From the human T2T-CHM13v2.0 reference genome, Homo sapiens, in the NCBI RefSeq assembly GCF_009914755.1, contig NC_060929.1: 64,000 nucleotides of DNA. One strand, written 5' to 3'. Under the pieces are notes generated by a model that saw only the letters and a program-made list of their open reading frames with translations, searched no databases and was not told the origin of the DNA. Numbering within the stretch: the first letter of the stretch is position 1; each line of letters opens with the position of its first letter. Position numbers and translations under genes: made by a program. Shown in pieces: positions 1-19,760 of the stretch.

Positions 1-506
1 TCTAGAGCCAGGGATGGCTCTCTCCCTCCTCTATGCTCAGCCCTCACCCTGACCATCATTCTACAGGGATACTCTGCAAGGTGCAGGCTAATGTGAACTA
101 TGAATGTCCACTGAGAAAGTCACATTTTAAAATTGTAAATTTAACTGATATACTCCTCCTCCCAATAGGACAGATAACATGTTACTAAGGTTCTGAGTGT
201 CATCTAACTTTGTTTCTCTTCTGCCTCAAGAAATCTAACAAGTAGTTTTGGTATTAATATCTGCGTTGGAGTACTTCCTTATATCTTACTTTGGACGTAA
301 GTTTTAGAACCTAAAACTAGGAGTCATTGAGTGAGTGCTATAATGACCGAATATTTGTTTCAAAGTGCATTGCGTTGCTTCTTTCCTGTGATCCTTGACG
401 ATAGGATTTGAAACCCAACATCTATCTACTCATTCTGATTCAGAGGCTCAAGGGCATTAAGTAATAGATATCCAACATAAGAGACCCACAACAATGGTCC
501 TATAGT

Positions 507-512
507 TTTATT
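507..512 (-). terminator. Candidate polyadenylation signal (AATAAA) of the TGF-beta-like gene
   Basis: TTTATT on + strand; first AATAAA I found downstream of the minus-strand stop at 1229 (~720-nt 3'UTR). Confidence 0.35.
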
Positions 513-1228
513 AAAGATAGTGAAAAAGCTAATATCAAGTTCCTTAAATGATAGTGAGACAAACTTTCCATGAGGCCAGAGGCCCCCTCTGTCAGTCAAG
601 CAACATCCTCTACTCTCAGGCTCCCATCTGACACCAGGTTGTGAAGGCCTTGGGGCCCTTTACCCATGACTAGCCCATGACAGAATGCTTTCTTCCACAG
701 AGTCTTCACTCCCTCTAAAGAGGCCAGGAGTGTTAGGTGAGGAGGAATGTACATGCTGAGGTCAGTTCTGGACCAGCCCCAGGCCAATGGTACAGAGAAG
801 GATGATAGCAGCTGAATGGCTCAGAAAGAGTCCAAAGCCAGCTTAACACTGGTAACAATTTTACCCCTACCCCAAGAGCTGACATGCGTCCAATTCCAGT
901 TCCTCTTTCCCCACCTAAATGATCCCAGAGGTGGCACTAAGCCCAGCCCACTCACAATCTAGGACAGCGATAGTCAGACATCTCAATGGGCCCAGCTTCC
1001 CAGTAGTAGGAGTGACTGAGAACAGCACTAGGGGGCCCCTGCCACATCAAAGAGAAGCATCTATGAGGGGTTACTGCCATAATGCCAACCTTCTTGCTGT
1101 GCTTTGAGAAACAAACCAAATCCCACCTCCCTTCAAAGAGCTCTACTTGCTATGAAAAGTAATCCCACCCCCTACTAAAGTCCTGAGACTTAGGTGGCCC
1201 TGAGGCCAGTAGGAGGCTTTGGGGTATC

Positions 1229-1375
1229 TCAAGAGCAGCCACACTTCTCCACCAAGGAAGTGTTCACATAGTGCACACTCATCTTGTGTTCGTCATCCTG
1301 GACCATCAGGGAGAAGAGTCTGACCATGGTGGGACGGCAGGTCTGGAAGAGCCAGGGACAGGTAGGTACTGCCCT
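1229..1375 (-). CDS. TGF-beta-superfamily-like gene, last coding exon (RAVPTCPWLFQTCRPT...SLVEKCGCS*)
   Basis: Acceptor ttgtttctgcag|AGG, phase 0; ends in the family-typical C-x-P-x29-C-G-C-x-stop with the same C5-C6 spacing (31 aa) as BMP2. Confidence 0.85.
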   Translation of the reverse strand, partial: RAVPTCPWLFQTCRPTMVRLFSLMVQDDEHKMSVHYVNTSLVEKCGCS

Positions 1376-1727
1376 CTGCAGAAACAAATGGCAGAATGGT
1401 GAGTGCCTCATAGCCACAGCCTCATATCTAAGGGCATCAGTAGACTTGTCAGGGATACATGGGAAGGGAGAAGGAGGGCCTGGGGAGAAGCTGCTGGATC
1501 AGGGCTGTTTCAGAACAATCTTTAGGAAGCTGATGTTTCTTATGAATAAAGATAAGGGATAAGGTCACAGGGCGGGGAAGATGCTACACACTGCATCAGT
1601 GCTAGATTACATAATTACCAACTTCAATGGCTTCCTTGACTCAAAAGGAGCCAGGCCTAGAGAGTTGAGCACTTAGTGCTATCCCAATATGACCCCAGAA
1701 GAGAAAGAACGAGGCTCCATGTCTTAC

Positions 1728-2392
1728 CTTATAGCACTCAAAGCTGGAATGACGGAGCTCACTGTTGAGGGCCGGGCAGGTCCCCTGACAGTAAGAGAAG
1801 CTGAGAGTCTTGGGTGCAACAATACACTCGCCCCAGGCAGCTCTGTGAAGGTTCACCTTGCGATCCTGCAGATGGCAGAGCTTCTCTGCTGGAAAGATAT
1901 CCTGGCCATGGCCTATCTCCCGGCGATTCTGGCCCGGGATCCCCAGGATCAGCTGCTCCACATTAGAGATTAAGGGTTTCTGGACATAAGGCAGGTGAAA
2001 CAGAGGTGGCTGTGTGTGGGACAAGGTCACGAACAGCAACACTACGTCTTGTTTCCTTTCGGTACTGGAACATTCATTCAGGCTGGCATCAGCGACATCA
2101 GTGGCTGGAATCTTTGTCTCTGCCAAGAGGGTGGGCACCACCTCCATCCAATACGTGAGTAAACAGTAGATATCCAATAATGACCCTCCCTCTGACTGGT
2201 AGGATGAAAAGATAATGGGGAAAGATCCCAGAAGGAATCTTTGGAGGCCCCTTCTATGGTCCTCGAACTCTAGAACAAGCTCAGTGGCATGGGGGACAAT
2301 GGGCACCCAAGCCCATAACTTTATCAAGGAAACCCCCAAGAAGGAAACTGCCTCAAAACAGAGAAGCCAGTAGCTGTGTAGGAACTATGAGC
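1728..2392 (-). CDS. TGF-beta-superfamily-like gene, middle exon (prodomain plus N-terminal half of cystine knot); 5' boundary ambiguous (2392, 2384 or 2373)
   Basis: Open frame 2384-1728; prodomain-like LDIYCLLTYW (cf. BMP2 FDVTPAVMRW); dibasic NRR; C-x28-C-x-G-x-C with W..xIVAP in BMP register; donor AAG|GTAAGA phase 0 in frame with last exon. Confidence 0.8.
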
Positions 2393-2995
2393 CTGTAGGG
2401 AAAGAAGAGTGGAAGCTCCAGGAGGCCACTATCGTGGAAAGTCCCACCTCCCTTTCAGCTTCTTACTCCCCACTACCCAGCCGGGCAGGACAGGACAAAG
2501 ACTTAGCAGTCTCAGCTTGTCAAAGTCAGTGCTTAGTCCACAGCAGCCAGGGATGGACTGAGGTTCCTCAACTCCCATCACCCTACCCCTGGAATTAAGT
2601 CAGAATGATTGCCCTAGTACTGAAAATCATTCCAGTCACCATGACCTAAGACAAGCCACTTGCCCTGTTTATCTCCCAAAACACTATAGTTGCCCAGCCC
2701 AGCAGCTGTGTACTTCACACTTTAGAGCATCCTTACACACAGAACTTTAGGGCATCAGCCATAAAGCTTAAAGACATCCTACATACCAAGCCTGCAGAGC
2801 TGAAACCAGGAAGCAGATTCCATTTCTGCTAGACCAGCTGAAGAATATTCTGTACCCAACTCCTTGCTCTACTCACAAGAGCCCTTAATATCTGTTGTCA
2901 TTTACACCCCATTCCCTGACCAGCCCCACAAAATGCTGCCAGGCAGCTTCTGGATCACTCCTTCCCTGGCAAAGACCAGCGCTCCAGCTACTTAC

Positions 2996-3180
2996 TTTTG
3001 AATATGAGGGTAAAACCATGTTGCCTGGCAGAAAAAAATCTCATTTATGTGGGAAGGCAGCATCGGGTTGGGACAGTCAAACGTCTCTACTGAGCTCAAA
3101 CACATGCACCAAAGACCCAGAGCCAAGAGCCCAGGAATGAGCCAGGAGCTGCCACTTCTCCCACAGCCACCCTCCAACAT
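2996..3180 (-). CDS. TGF-beta-superfamily-like gene, probable first coding exon (signal peptide)
   Basis: ATG at 3180, hydrophobic WLIPGLLALGLWCMCLSS stretch, consensus donor AA|GTAAGT at 2996/2995. Confidence 0.6.
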
Positions 3181-3216
3181 ACCTGCTCTCAGAAGCGGGG
3201 CTTCCCCTTCGCTGTC

Positions 3217-3232
3217 TTTAAATATCCACGTG
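3217..3232 (-). promoter_or_regulatory. Putative core promoter: E-box CACGTG followed by TATA-like TATTTAAA
   Basis: CACGTG 3227-3232 and TATTTAAA 3224-3217, about 40 bp upstream of ATG 3180. Confidence 0.45.
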
Positions 3233-3569
3233 CCCAGCTGTAGGCCCTATTCTAACCCCCCACAGCTTGTAGCTGATCACGCATTCAAGAGAAATTAAAT
3301 TCAAGTGAGAGAAACTCTCACTCCCAGAACAACTTCAATACCAACTCCTGTTTACAGAATGGAGGTGCAAGAAGTGATAATACAGATTGTGTTTCTCAAA
3401 TGCAACCTCGAAAACACAAGTACATAATTAGTGAATAGATGCACTTATGTGGAAGACACGCTCTGACAGACTGTGTTGGTCCAAATGCTGGAAACAAGGA
3501 CAAGTATGCACAGTTTGCAAGTTACAAACACTCCATTTAACTCACCTTTGTGTTCTTAGACTTTAGCTA

Positions 3570-3732
3570 ACACCAGAAATCACCTAGAGCATTTGTTAAG
3601 ACATAGATTGCTAGGCCCCATTCCCAGAGTTTCTGATTCAGTAGGTCTTAAATGAGGTTCAAGAATTTACCTCTCTAGTAAGTTGCCAGGTGATGCTGAT
3701 AATGCTGGTTCTGAGACCGCTTTGAAAATCAC
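3570..3732. mobile_element. MER5-type (hAT-Charlie) DNA transposon remnant
   Basis: cagagtttctgattcagtaggtct...ccaggtgatgctgat motif typical of MER5A. Confidence 0.7.
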
Positions 3733-4242
3733 TCATCCACATTACTTATGCCATAACTAGTACATAGAAGATGCCCAATAAGTGTATTTTGATTCATTGA
3801 TAATACACTATACTTAGTGTGTTTGTGGTTCTGAAATTTTTTTAAACAGAAACAAACAAACAAAAAAAACTCCTTCAGGTTAAAAGGATGAAATTCACTA
3901 AATCTGAAAATACCAGATTCTTATGTGGGAAGTACCCAACATAAGAAAAGTAGCATTTGGGATTCATGCTCCCAACATTCTTTTGTTTTCTTTTCGGAGA
4001 GTACAAATCAAGATCTTCAAAAAATAACATATACGAGAAGCCAATATAGTCTTCTTCATGTTTCCTAACACTTAACAAATTATTATGAGCATATTATATA
4101 TAAATATAGTGTAGGAATAATCTGTCCATTAAACATACAGAGTAAGGCATCCTTCATTAACAAATTAACCTGCATTTCACAATATTTGCTTTTCTTAAAA
4201 GACCAAATCACATTGACACGTACAATAAAAGTTTAGTTTCTC

Positions 4243-4535
<293 letters not shown>

Positions 4536-4659
4536 TTATTCTCATTAAGAAATTCAATGTCCCAAATTATGTAAATAAGTACACCATAAGTAATGGTAAT
4601 CAGAACAGTCCATCTTTAGAAAGCTTGCTGTGTAAATTCTTTAGTTAATGTTAGTGAAA

Positions 4660-4775
4660 CAAGCTTATGAGGTAGGTGTGATTATTCTTGTTTTGTGGAT
4701 GGGGAAACTGAGGAAAGAGTAAGTAATGACCTGCCCACGGCAGGGCTGAGTCAGTTGTCCGTGCAGAATAGATTC
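4660..4775. mobile_element. MIR remnant
   Basis: gaggtaggt...gatggggaaactgagg MIR core. Confidence 0.6.
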
Positions 4776-6100
4776 TATGTTAAGACAATTCCTTTGGGTT
4801 TTTGTTCCTTAAATACGAAGAAATACAGAACAAAAGCAAAGGATAAAATAATTCAATTTAGGAAAACAAGCTTTGGTAAAAGGAAAAGGAATAGGAATAG
4901 GTTTTTTTTTTTAAGTTGAGAACAGAATTCTTTAAAAGCTAATAATTTGTGTGCCTAAGGTTCCCACTAATTATCCCTACCTCGTCTGTGTTATTTTTCT
5001 AATCAATGAGAGGTTGATGATAACTTTTTTTTGAGCTTATATTCTTTGCTTTTTAATGAGCAGGTTCTTATGGAACCCCAATTAAATATGTAGTGAGCTT
5101 ATGGAATTTCTAGCAAATGTGGCTTTCCTTTTTGTTTAGATAAATTAATCTCCAAATTATCAGCAAGAGGAAAGGGGGCAGTTCCCATCTAATCCCCAGG
5201 CCTTCCCTAAACGGCTTCAAGTGTGAATGTGTTAAGTAAAATCCTTCATGAATTTGTAAATTGCTTTAAATAAAACCTCAATAATAATCTTGGATGAGAA
5301 GCTTGTTTTACTAATTTATAGCTAAGCAGCTGTTGTTTTGTTAGCATCTTCAGCTTCATTTACACAAGAAAATCTGAAAATGAATCATGCAGACAGGAGA
5401 GACCTGATTGCACTCTACAGTAAACGTTTTTGTATGCTCGTCTCATAGGATGTTGAAAAGTAAACACCAAAAAAGACCATTCATCAACCATCACACTGGA
5501 GAAAATGTTGGCCAATGATATGTTCAGCTTATATTTCAATAGATTTTATATTTCATGTGTCACTGCCAAGCTACAATTGAGTGTGTATGATGAAAATGCA
5601 TGCTAGCAAAATATGAGCCAACTTCTCTGAGGCCCTGCAAAACCTATCAAGTGCCTCATCAGGGAAGAAGGAAGCATTGACTGCTCAAGTCATTGACTCT
5701 AGTATGCCTGTATCCTCACCATTCAGCTCTGTCAATTTAGATGTGGTAAGAATCAGAAGCAGATGAAAAGTATATAGTTGATAATATGCTCAGTGTCTTC
5801 TTAGACTTGGGATAATATACATAAAGGTGTCTCATAAACTATAAATTGCAAGTCCTTTCTGTGGGTAGGGTATCACATATTTATTTAATGCAATAATCTT
5901 TAAGTTTTTTGTTGAGTGCCCTAACAGTAAAAAAATAAAATAAAATAAACATTTTACCCCAATGTCTACATATGGGTTTATTCATTAATAAACTACATAT
6001 GTATACTAATATACATATATATTAATGAGATGCACATATATATACATATAAGATACATAAAAATGGCGATTGAAAAAGGATATGAAAATTAAATAGGAGG

Positions 6101-6419
<319 letters not shown>

Positions 6420-6549
6420 CTAAGTAGGAATTCATTTTCTAGTATTTCTACTATTTTTTTCCTGCTCCCAGCAGATCATCTTAGGAGACTACTGCTTTAA
6501 TGGATAAGTTCATTTTGAAAAGTAGGGGTGATAATTATAATTAACATTT

Positions 6550-12673
<6,124 letters not shown>

Positions 12674-12689
12674 TATAATTAACATTTAC

Positions 12690-12920
12690 ATAGTGTATGT
12701 AAATACTGCTAAATATTACTAATTCCAGTTCTTTACATATATTAACTTGTTTTACCTTGGTATCAGCCTTATGCAACAGGTATAATTATTATCTCCACTT
12801 CACAGATGATGAAATTGAGGTACAGACTGATCACCTAACTTGTCCACGGCTACACAATTACCAAGTATCAGGGGTAGGATTTAAACCTAGGCAGTCTGGA
12901 GCTAGAATCTAGCTCATCTA
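12690..12920. mobile_element. MIR remnant
   Basis: attattatctccacttcacagatgatgaaattgagg...ggatttaaacctaggcagtctg. Confidence 0.65.
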
Positions 12921-12999
12921 AAACCTGAAGGCCTGGCAAGGTATTATCATGCTAATCAGTAAGTAATCAGGATGCCTATGCATTAGCTTCCATAACACC

Positions 13000-13190
13000 T
13001 GCATAATCGCATGTATCTTACTATATTGTAATTGTTGCTTTGAATACTTGCCTCCCCTGTTAAACTGAAAACTGCTTTAGAACAAGGACTGAAGTAGTTT
13101 TGTATTTACATAACAGTATTGAGCACAGTGCCTGGTACCTAAAAAGTATGTGGTAGGCGCTTGTTGGATGGATAGTTGGATGAAAGAAAA
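13000..13190 (-). mobile_element. L2 3'-end remnant
   Basis: gagcacagtgcctggtacctaa...ttgttggatggat. Confidence 0.5.
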
Positions 13191-13936
13191 AACAATTTTT
13201 AAAAATGGATGGATGGATAGATGGATTTATCCCAACTTACTAGATAGCCATTGGAATTTGAATGTCCTTGAAATAGGGATGAAAATCTCACCTAACAATA
13301 AAAATATTCACAGACTTTCTTCTTAATGAGCTAATTCTCTCTTGCTAACCAACATATAGAAAAAAAATTATCTCTTGATGTTATCCAAGCCTTTTCAGGG
13401 AGGAAATACTATCCCACTCATGAGCATTTCAAACCCTGCAGAAACCAAAAAAGGTGAAAAAGAAAGGAATGTTGTTTATGGAAATAATACGTCTTGTCAG
13501 GAATTTGTGTTTTATCTCATAAAAAGAACAAAACAAAAAGAGAATCTGCCTTATGCTCTGGCATCAACAGGAAACCTAGTTCATTACAAATGTAGCCTGG
13601 ATACCTCCAGGGGAAGAAAAAGATGAGTGAATGAATGAATGGATAATAGACTTGCCTTTTCTGAAGTGGAATCCAGGTTTTAATCCAGTCTTAATCCACT
13701 GTATGTGGTAACAGTTGCATTAGTAATATGCTTTGTCACAACACAAACTACCCAGACTGTTAAGACTGTTGGACGTTTATACTCAAACCAAGAGTCTATG
13801 TTTTATTCATTTTGAGTGGCACAAATCAGCGCTGAGATATGGGAACTAAACCTTGAAAAGTTTCCTCCTATATTTGAAGCTGGAAAAACTTCAAGGCACT
13901 TTGATTCAAATACACATTCTATTAAAATGTGTATCT

Positions 13937-14043
13937 TGCTTAAGCCCAGGAGGTGGAGGCTGCAGTGAGCAGAGATCATGCCACTGCACTCTAGCACTCC
14001 AGCCTGGGCAATAGAGCAAAACCTTGTCTCAAAAAAAAAAAAA
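13937..14043 (+). mobile_element. Alu 3' fragment
   Basis: Right-arm end plus A-tail; small internal duplication cactctagcactccagc. Confidence 0.85.
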
Positions 14044-14569
14044 GTGTATATATTTCATACCAATTGCTTCTGTACTTAGTGTAGCTTAAGATACAAAAGC
14101 CTCTGAATCAAAACAGTAACTGCAGAATTGCTTTTACAAGTCTAATGATGTACTCAATGTAATGTGATAGGTTTCATCTAAATAATGTATAATTTTATCT
14201 GTTTTCCATTGCTTTATATTCTGTCAAATGGAAAACAGTTCTATAGAAGTCAAATTCTGGACTTCCTTTGTTATAACTATATTTCAGCTGATTAGTGTTG
14301 TTCTTTGGGACTTTCTTTTAGCAATCAGATACAATTACCATTGTTCTATAACACTGACTACCAAACTTGTTATTTCACTCTGAGAGCTGTGCCTGTCTTG
14401 TCTTTATTTTTCTCTCTTCGGGATAATATCCACTGTAGTGTCCATAAATCTTTACTGAAGGGATTCACTATTAAACTACTTAGCAAAGTTAGTATTCTTT
14501 AAAGATATTGTTTGTTTTAATGAGTAGAGAGGAGGGCAGAGTTCTGCCACATTAAGTGTAGTTAAGAGG

Positions 14570-14785
14570 ACCCTCAACACAGCATCGACATCACCTAAGA
14601 GCATCTTAGAAATGCAGAATCTCAGAACTTTCAGACTTTAATGTGCATTTGAACCAACTGCGGATGTTAAAAAGCAGATTCTGATTCAGGAGGTCTGGGG
14701 TGGGGCCCGAGATTCTGCAGTTTGATGAGCTCACAGGTGATGTCTACACAGCCAGTCCTCAAGCCACCTCCTGAGTAGCAAGACC
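14570..14785. mobile_element. MER5-type DNA transposon remnant(s)
   Basis: gcagattctgattcaggaggtctggggtggggcccgagattctgca motif. Confidence 0.65.
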
Positions 14786-15240
14786 TAGGGAAAGAGCCCA
14801 TGATGATATCGCACTTACCACGTATCTGACTAAAACAAAGAGATTTAATAAGATAAGTAGTTGTTAAATAAAGATTTACTTAGCACATAGTCTATGACTA
14901 ATCCTTTTATGATTGAGTTATTTGACTTTAGATAGACCATAAGACTTCCGTTTATTATCCTTTTCTATTTAATGAACATAGTACTTCAATTTGTTTTCCA
15001 ATAATGTTTACATTCGACCTTTGTATTCATTTTATGCATTCTATTTGTCATGTTACCTAAGGCCAGACAACCGTCATTTGAAATAGTTATTTTTAAGAGA
15101 TAGAACCAAATACGTAAAGATATAATTTTCAAGTAAAGAAAAAACTGGTGTTTTCTTAAAAAATTTAAATCTTGTTATGATTTAATACTAGTTACATGTT
15201 GTAGGAAACAAAACCAAGTAAAGAAATTACGGCAGTCTTC

Positions 15241-15244
<4 letters not shown>

Positions 15245-15281
<37 letters not shown>

Positions 15282-15564
15282 TTTTGAGACAGAGTCTGTC
15301 TTTGTCGCCCAGGCTGAAGTGCAGTGGTGCATCTCAGCTCACTGCAACCTCTGCCTCCCAGTTTCAAGTGATTCTCCTGCCTCAGCCTCCTGAATAGCTG
15401 GGACTACAAGTGTGTGCAACCACGCCTGGCTAATTTTTGTATTTTTAGTAGAGACGGGATTTCACCATGTTGTTCAGGCTCGTCTTGAACTCCTGACCTG
15501 GTGATTTGCCCTCCTCAGCCTCCCAAAGTTCTGGGATTACAGGTGTGCACCACCGTGCCCGGCC
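15245..15564 (-). mobile_element. AluS with (TTTA)n tail
   Basis: Full reverse Alu; TSD-like gcagtct(t/c)caatt on both sides. Confidence 0.95.
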
Positions 15565-15714
15565 AGCAGTCTCCAATTCTAACTTGTTAGTACAAACCTT
15601 GGAAAACCACCTAATTGATTGCCTCACCAGGTTCCTCATCTATAAAATAGGCTTAAATTTAAGTTTCCTCAAGGCATTGATGTCAAGAGATACTAACAAA
15701 ACATGTTGGTTCCT

Positions 15715-15905
15715 CTGGTTCTGAAAGTGTGGTCCTAGGACAAGCAGCATCAGCATCCCTGGGAATTTATTGGAGAAACAAATTTTCAGACCACACCCAA
15801 GCCCAAGACCTACTGAATCAAAAACTTGGGGTGGAGGCAAGAAATCTACATTTTTAACAAGTCCTCAGGTGATTCTGATATATGTTACAATGTTAGAACC
15901 ACTGC
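15715..15905. mobile_element. MER5A
   Basis: gtgtggtcc...gcagcatcagcatccctgggaatt...gacctactgaatcaaaaact. Confidence 0.75.
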
Positions 15906-16068
15906 AGTCTCTATAGAGCACAGTAACGATAACTCTCAATCAGTGGAGGAAGGGGTATACTATTCTAACTAGCAATCCATATGGAACAGTAAATTAGGCC
16001 GTATTAAATCAGGAACAATAAATTAGGGCTTACCTCACAATATTACACGTTTAAATCTATGCTGATTA

Positions 16069-17400
<1,332 letters not shown>

Positions 17401-17402
17401 TT

Positions 17403-17701
17403 GGCCAGGTACCATGGCTCACGCCTGTAATCCCACACTTTGTAAGGCTGAGGCGGGTGAATCACGAGGTCAAGAGATCAAGAGATCAAGACTATCCTGG
17501 CCAACATAGTGAAACACCATCTCTACTAAAATTACAAAACTTAGCTGGGCTTGGTGGTACACACCTGTAGTCCCAGCTACTCGGGAGGCTGAGGCAGGAG
17601 AATCACTTGAACTCGGGAGACGGAGGTTGCCTGAGCTGAGATTGTGCCACTGCACTCCAGCCTGGATGATAGAGCAAGACTCCATCTCAAAAAAAAAAAA
17701 A
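17403..17701 (+). mobile_element. AluS (Sc-like)
   Basis: Full Alu; internal duplication tcaagagatcaagagatcaag. Confidence 0.95.
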
Positions 17702-17752
17702 TGTTTCATTTATTTCTGTGTTCCTAAAATTTTGTTTCAAGTAGTCAACTAA

Positions 17753-18110
<358 letters not shown>

Positions 18111-19007
18111 TAATTTAAAAAGTAGAAAACTTAATTTTTCTTAACTTTCGTTGTGATATGAAATATCTATAAAATTATGAAGAAAATGAAAACAAAAAAA
18201 TGTACAAACAAAACCTTTTAGCTGATTATGGAGCAGGGTAAACACAAAAGAAGAGGATTTCCTGTATTTTTTGGTGGTGGGGTGTGAGGGGTGTAGAAAT
18301 GGATTTAAAGGCTATAAAGGAACAAAAGAGGTCAGTAATTTATCCCCCAAAAATCCATGTAGGAGGCAGTTCTTGAATAAAGACAGAAGTGGTTGTTCAG
18401 CTTTCAGAAACATCTGGGCCCTAATTCCAATTGATTTCTTTCTGGTAGGAAAAGTTCTCCACATGTATACTTCTCATAGTTCCTTTCAGCCTCTAAAACA
18501 TTATCTTAATTTTAGATAATACCTGCAAAAATTGGATTCAACTTGTGTATTGAGAGCTAAAGAATTTTCATGTGACTTTATACATATAGTGTGTGGCTTC
18601 TTGTAGCCAGACCCTTGGGAGGCCCTAAACATTGAAAAGATGATGGAGTCCTACCATCCCACCAGTGGTAATTCAACATTTTATTATGATGCAAAATTTC
18701 CATGCATGCTGAAATCAATAGAGTTTCTTCCAACATTTTTTGTGCAAAGTTCTGAACAAATCTGTCAAAGCTAACTTGTTTATTTTTAGGGTGGGGGTGC
18801 CCCTGCTTTGCTGGTGCCCTGAACATGTCATAATCTGTTGGGCATCTTGCACTGGCTCAGCTATCAATTAGGGAGCTAAAGGGCTCTTTAAAGCAATCCA
18901 TAATTTTAAACCTACCAGGTGACTAGGAAAGACTACTAAAGGTTGCTAAGTTTTCTCACTGGTTTCAAGACTCAGATTCTAGTCTGAAGCAGCAAACATC
19001 CAAGTAA

Positions 19008-19405
<398 letters not shown>

Positions 19406-19760
19406 AACATCAGTGGAATTTCGAACTGTGACCTTCTGAATATGCTACATGAACCCTTTTTTAAAAGAGACCGTACAGCCTCAGGACTGTCTTTGTTATG
19501 TTTGATAAAATGCAGTTACTAAAAGAAAATTGCTGAAATACTTTTCCCAGCCAATGCTACAGATATCTTTGCAAATAAAGGTCATGTAAGAATATGAACA
19601 TTTATGTTTCAGAAATAAATTTAGTTGTACCAGTGGGTATAGCTTTAAACCAATTAATTTTAAGTCTATGTAATCTTACCAAAGGGCTATTTTTATGAAC
19701 TGGTTTTAGCAAACTTGTTGCAGGCAGAAACTGTCTTTCTATGATATTCTATGCAATACC

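Noticed and set aside
1641-1727. C-terminal tail (VRHGASFF...) of the 232-aa ORF as coding
   Set aside because: It is intron read-through beyond the AAG|GTAAGA donor; the cystine knot is only completed by splicing to 1375
1284-1973. Plus-strand ORFs of 92 and 94 aa
   Set aside because: Antisense shadows of the TGF-beta-like exons with no recognisable motif
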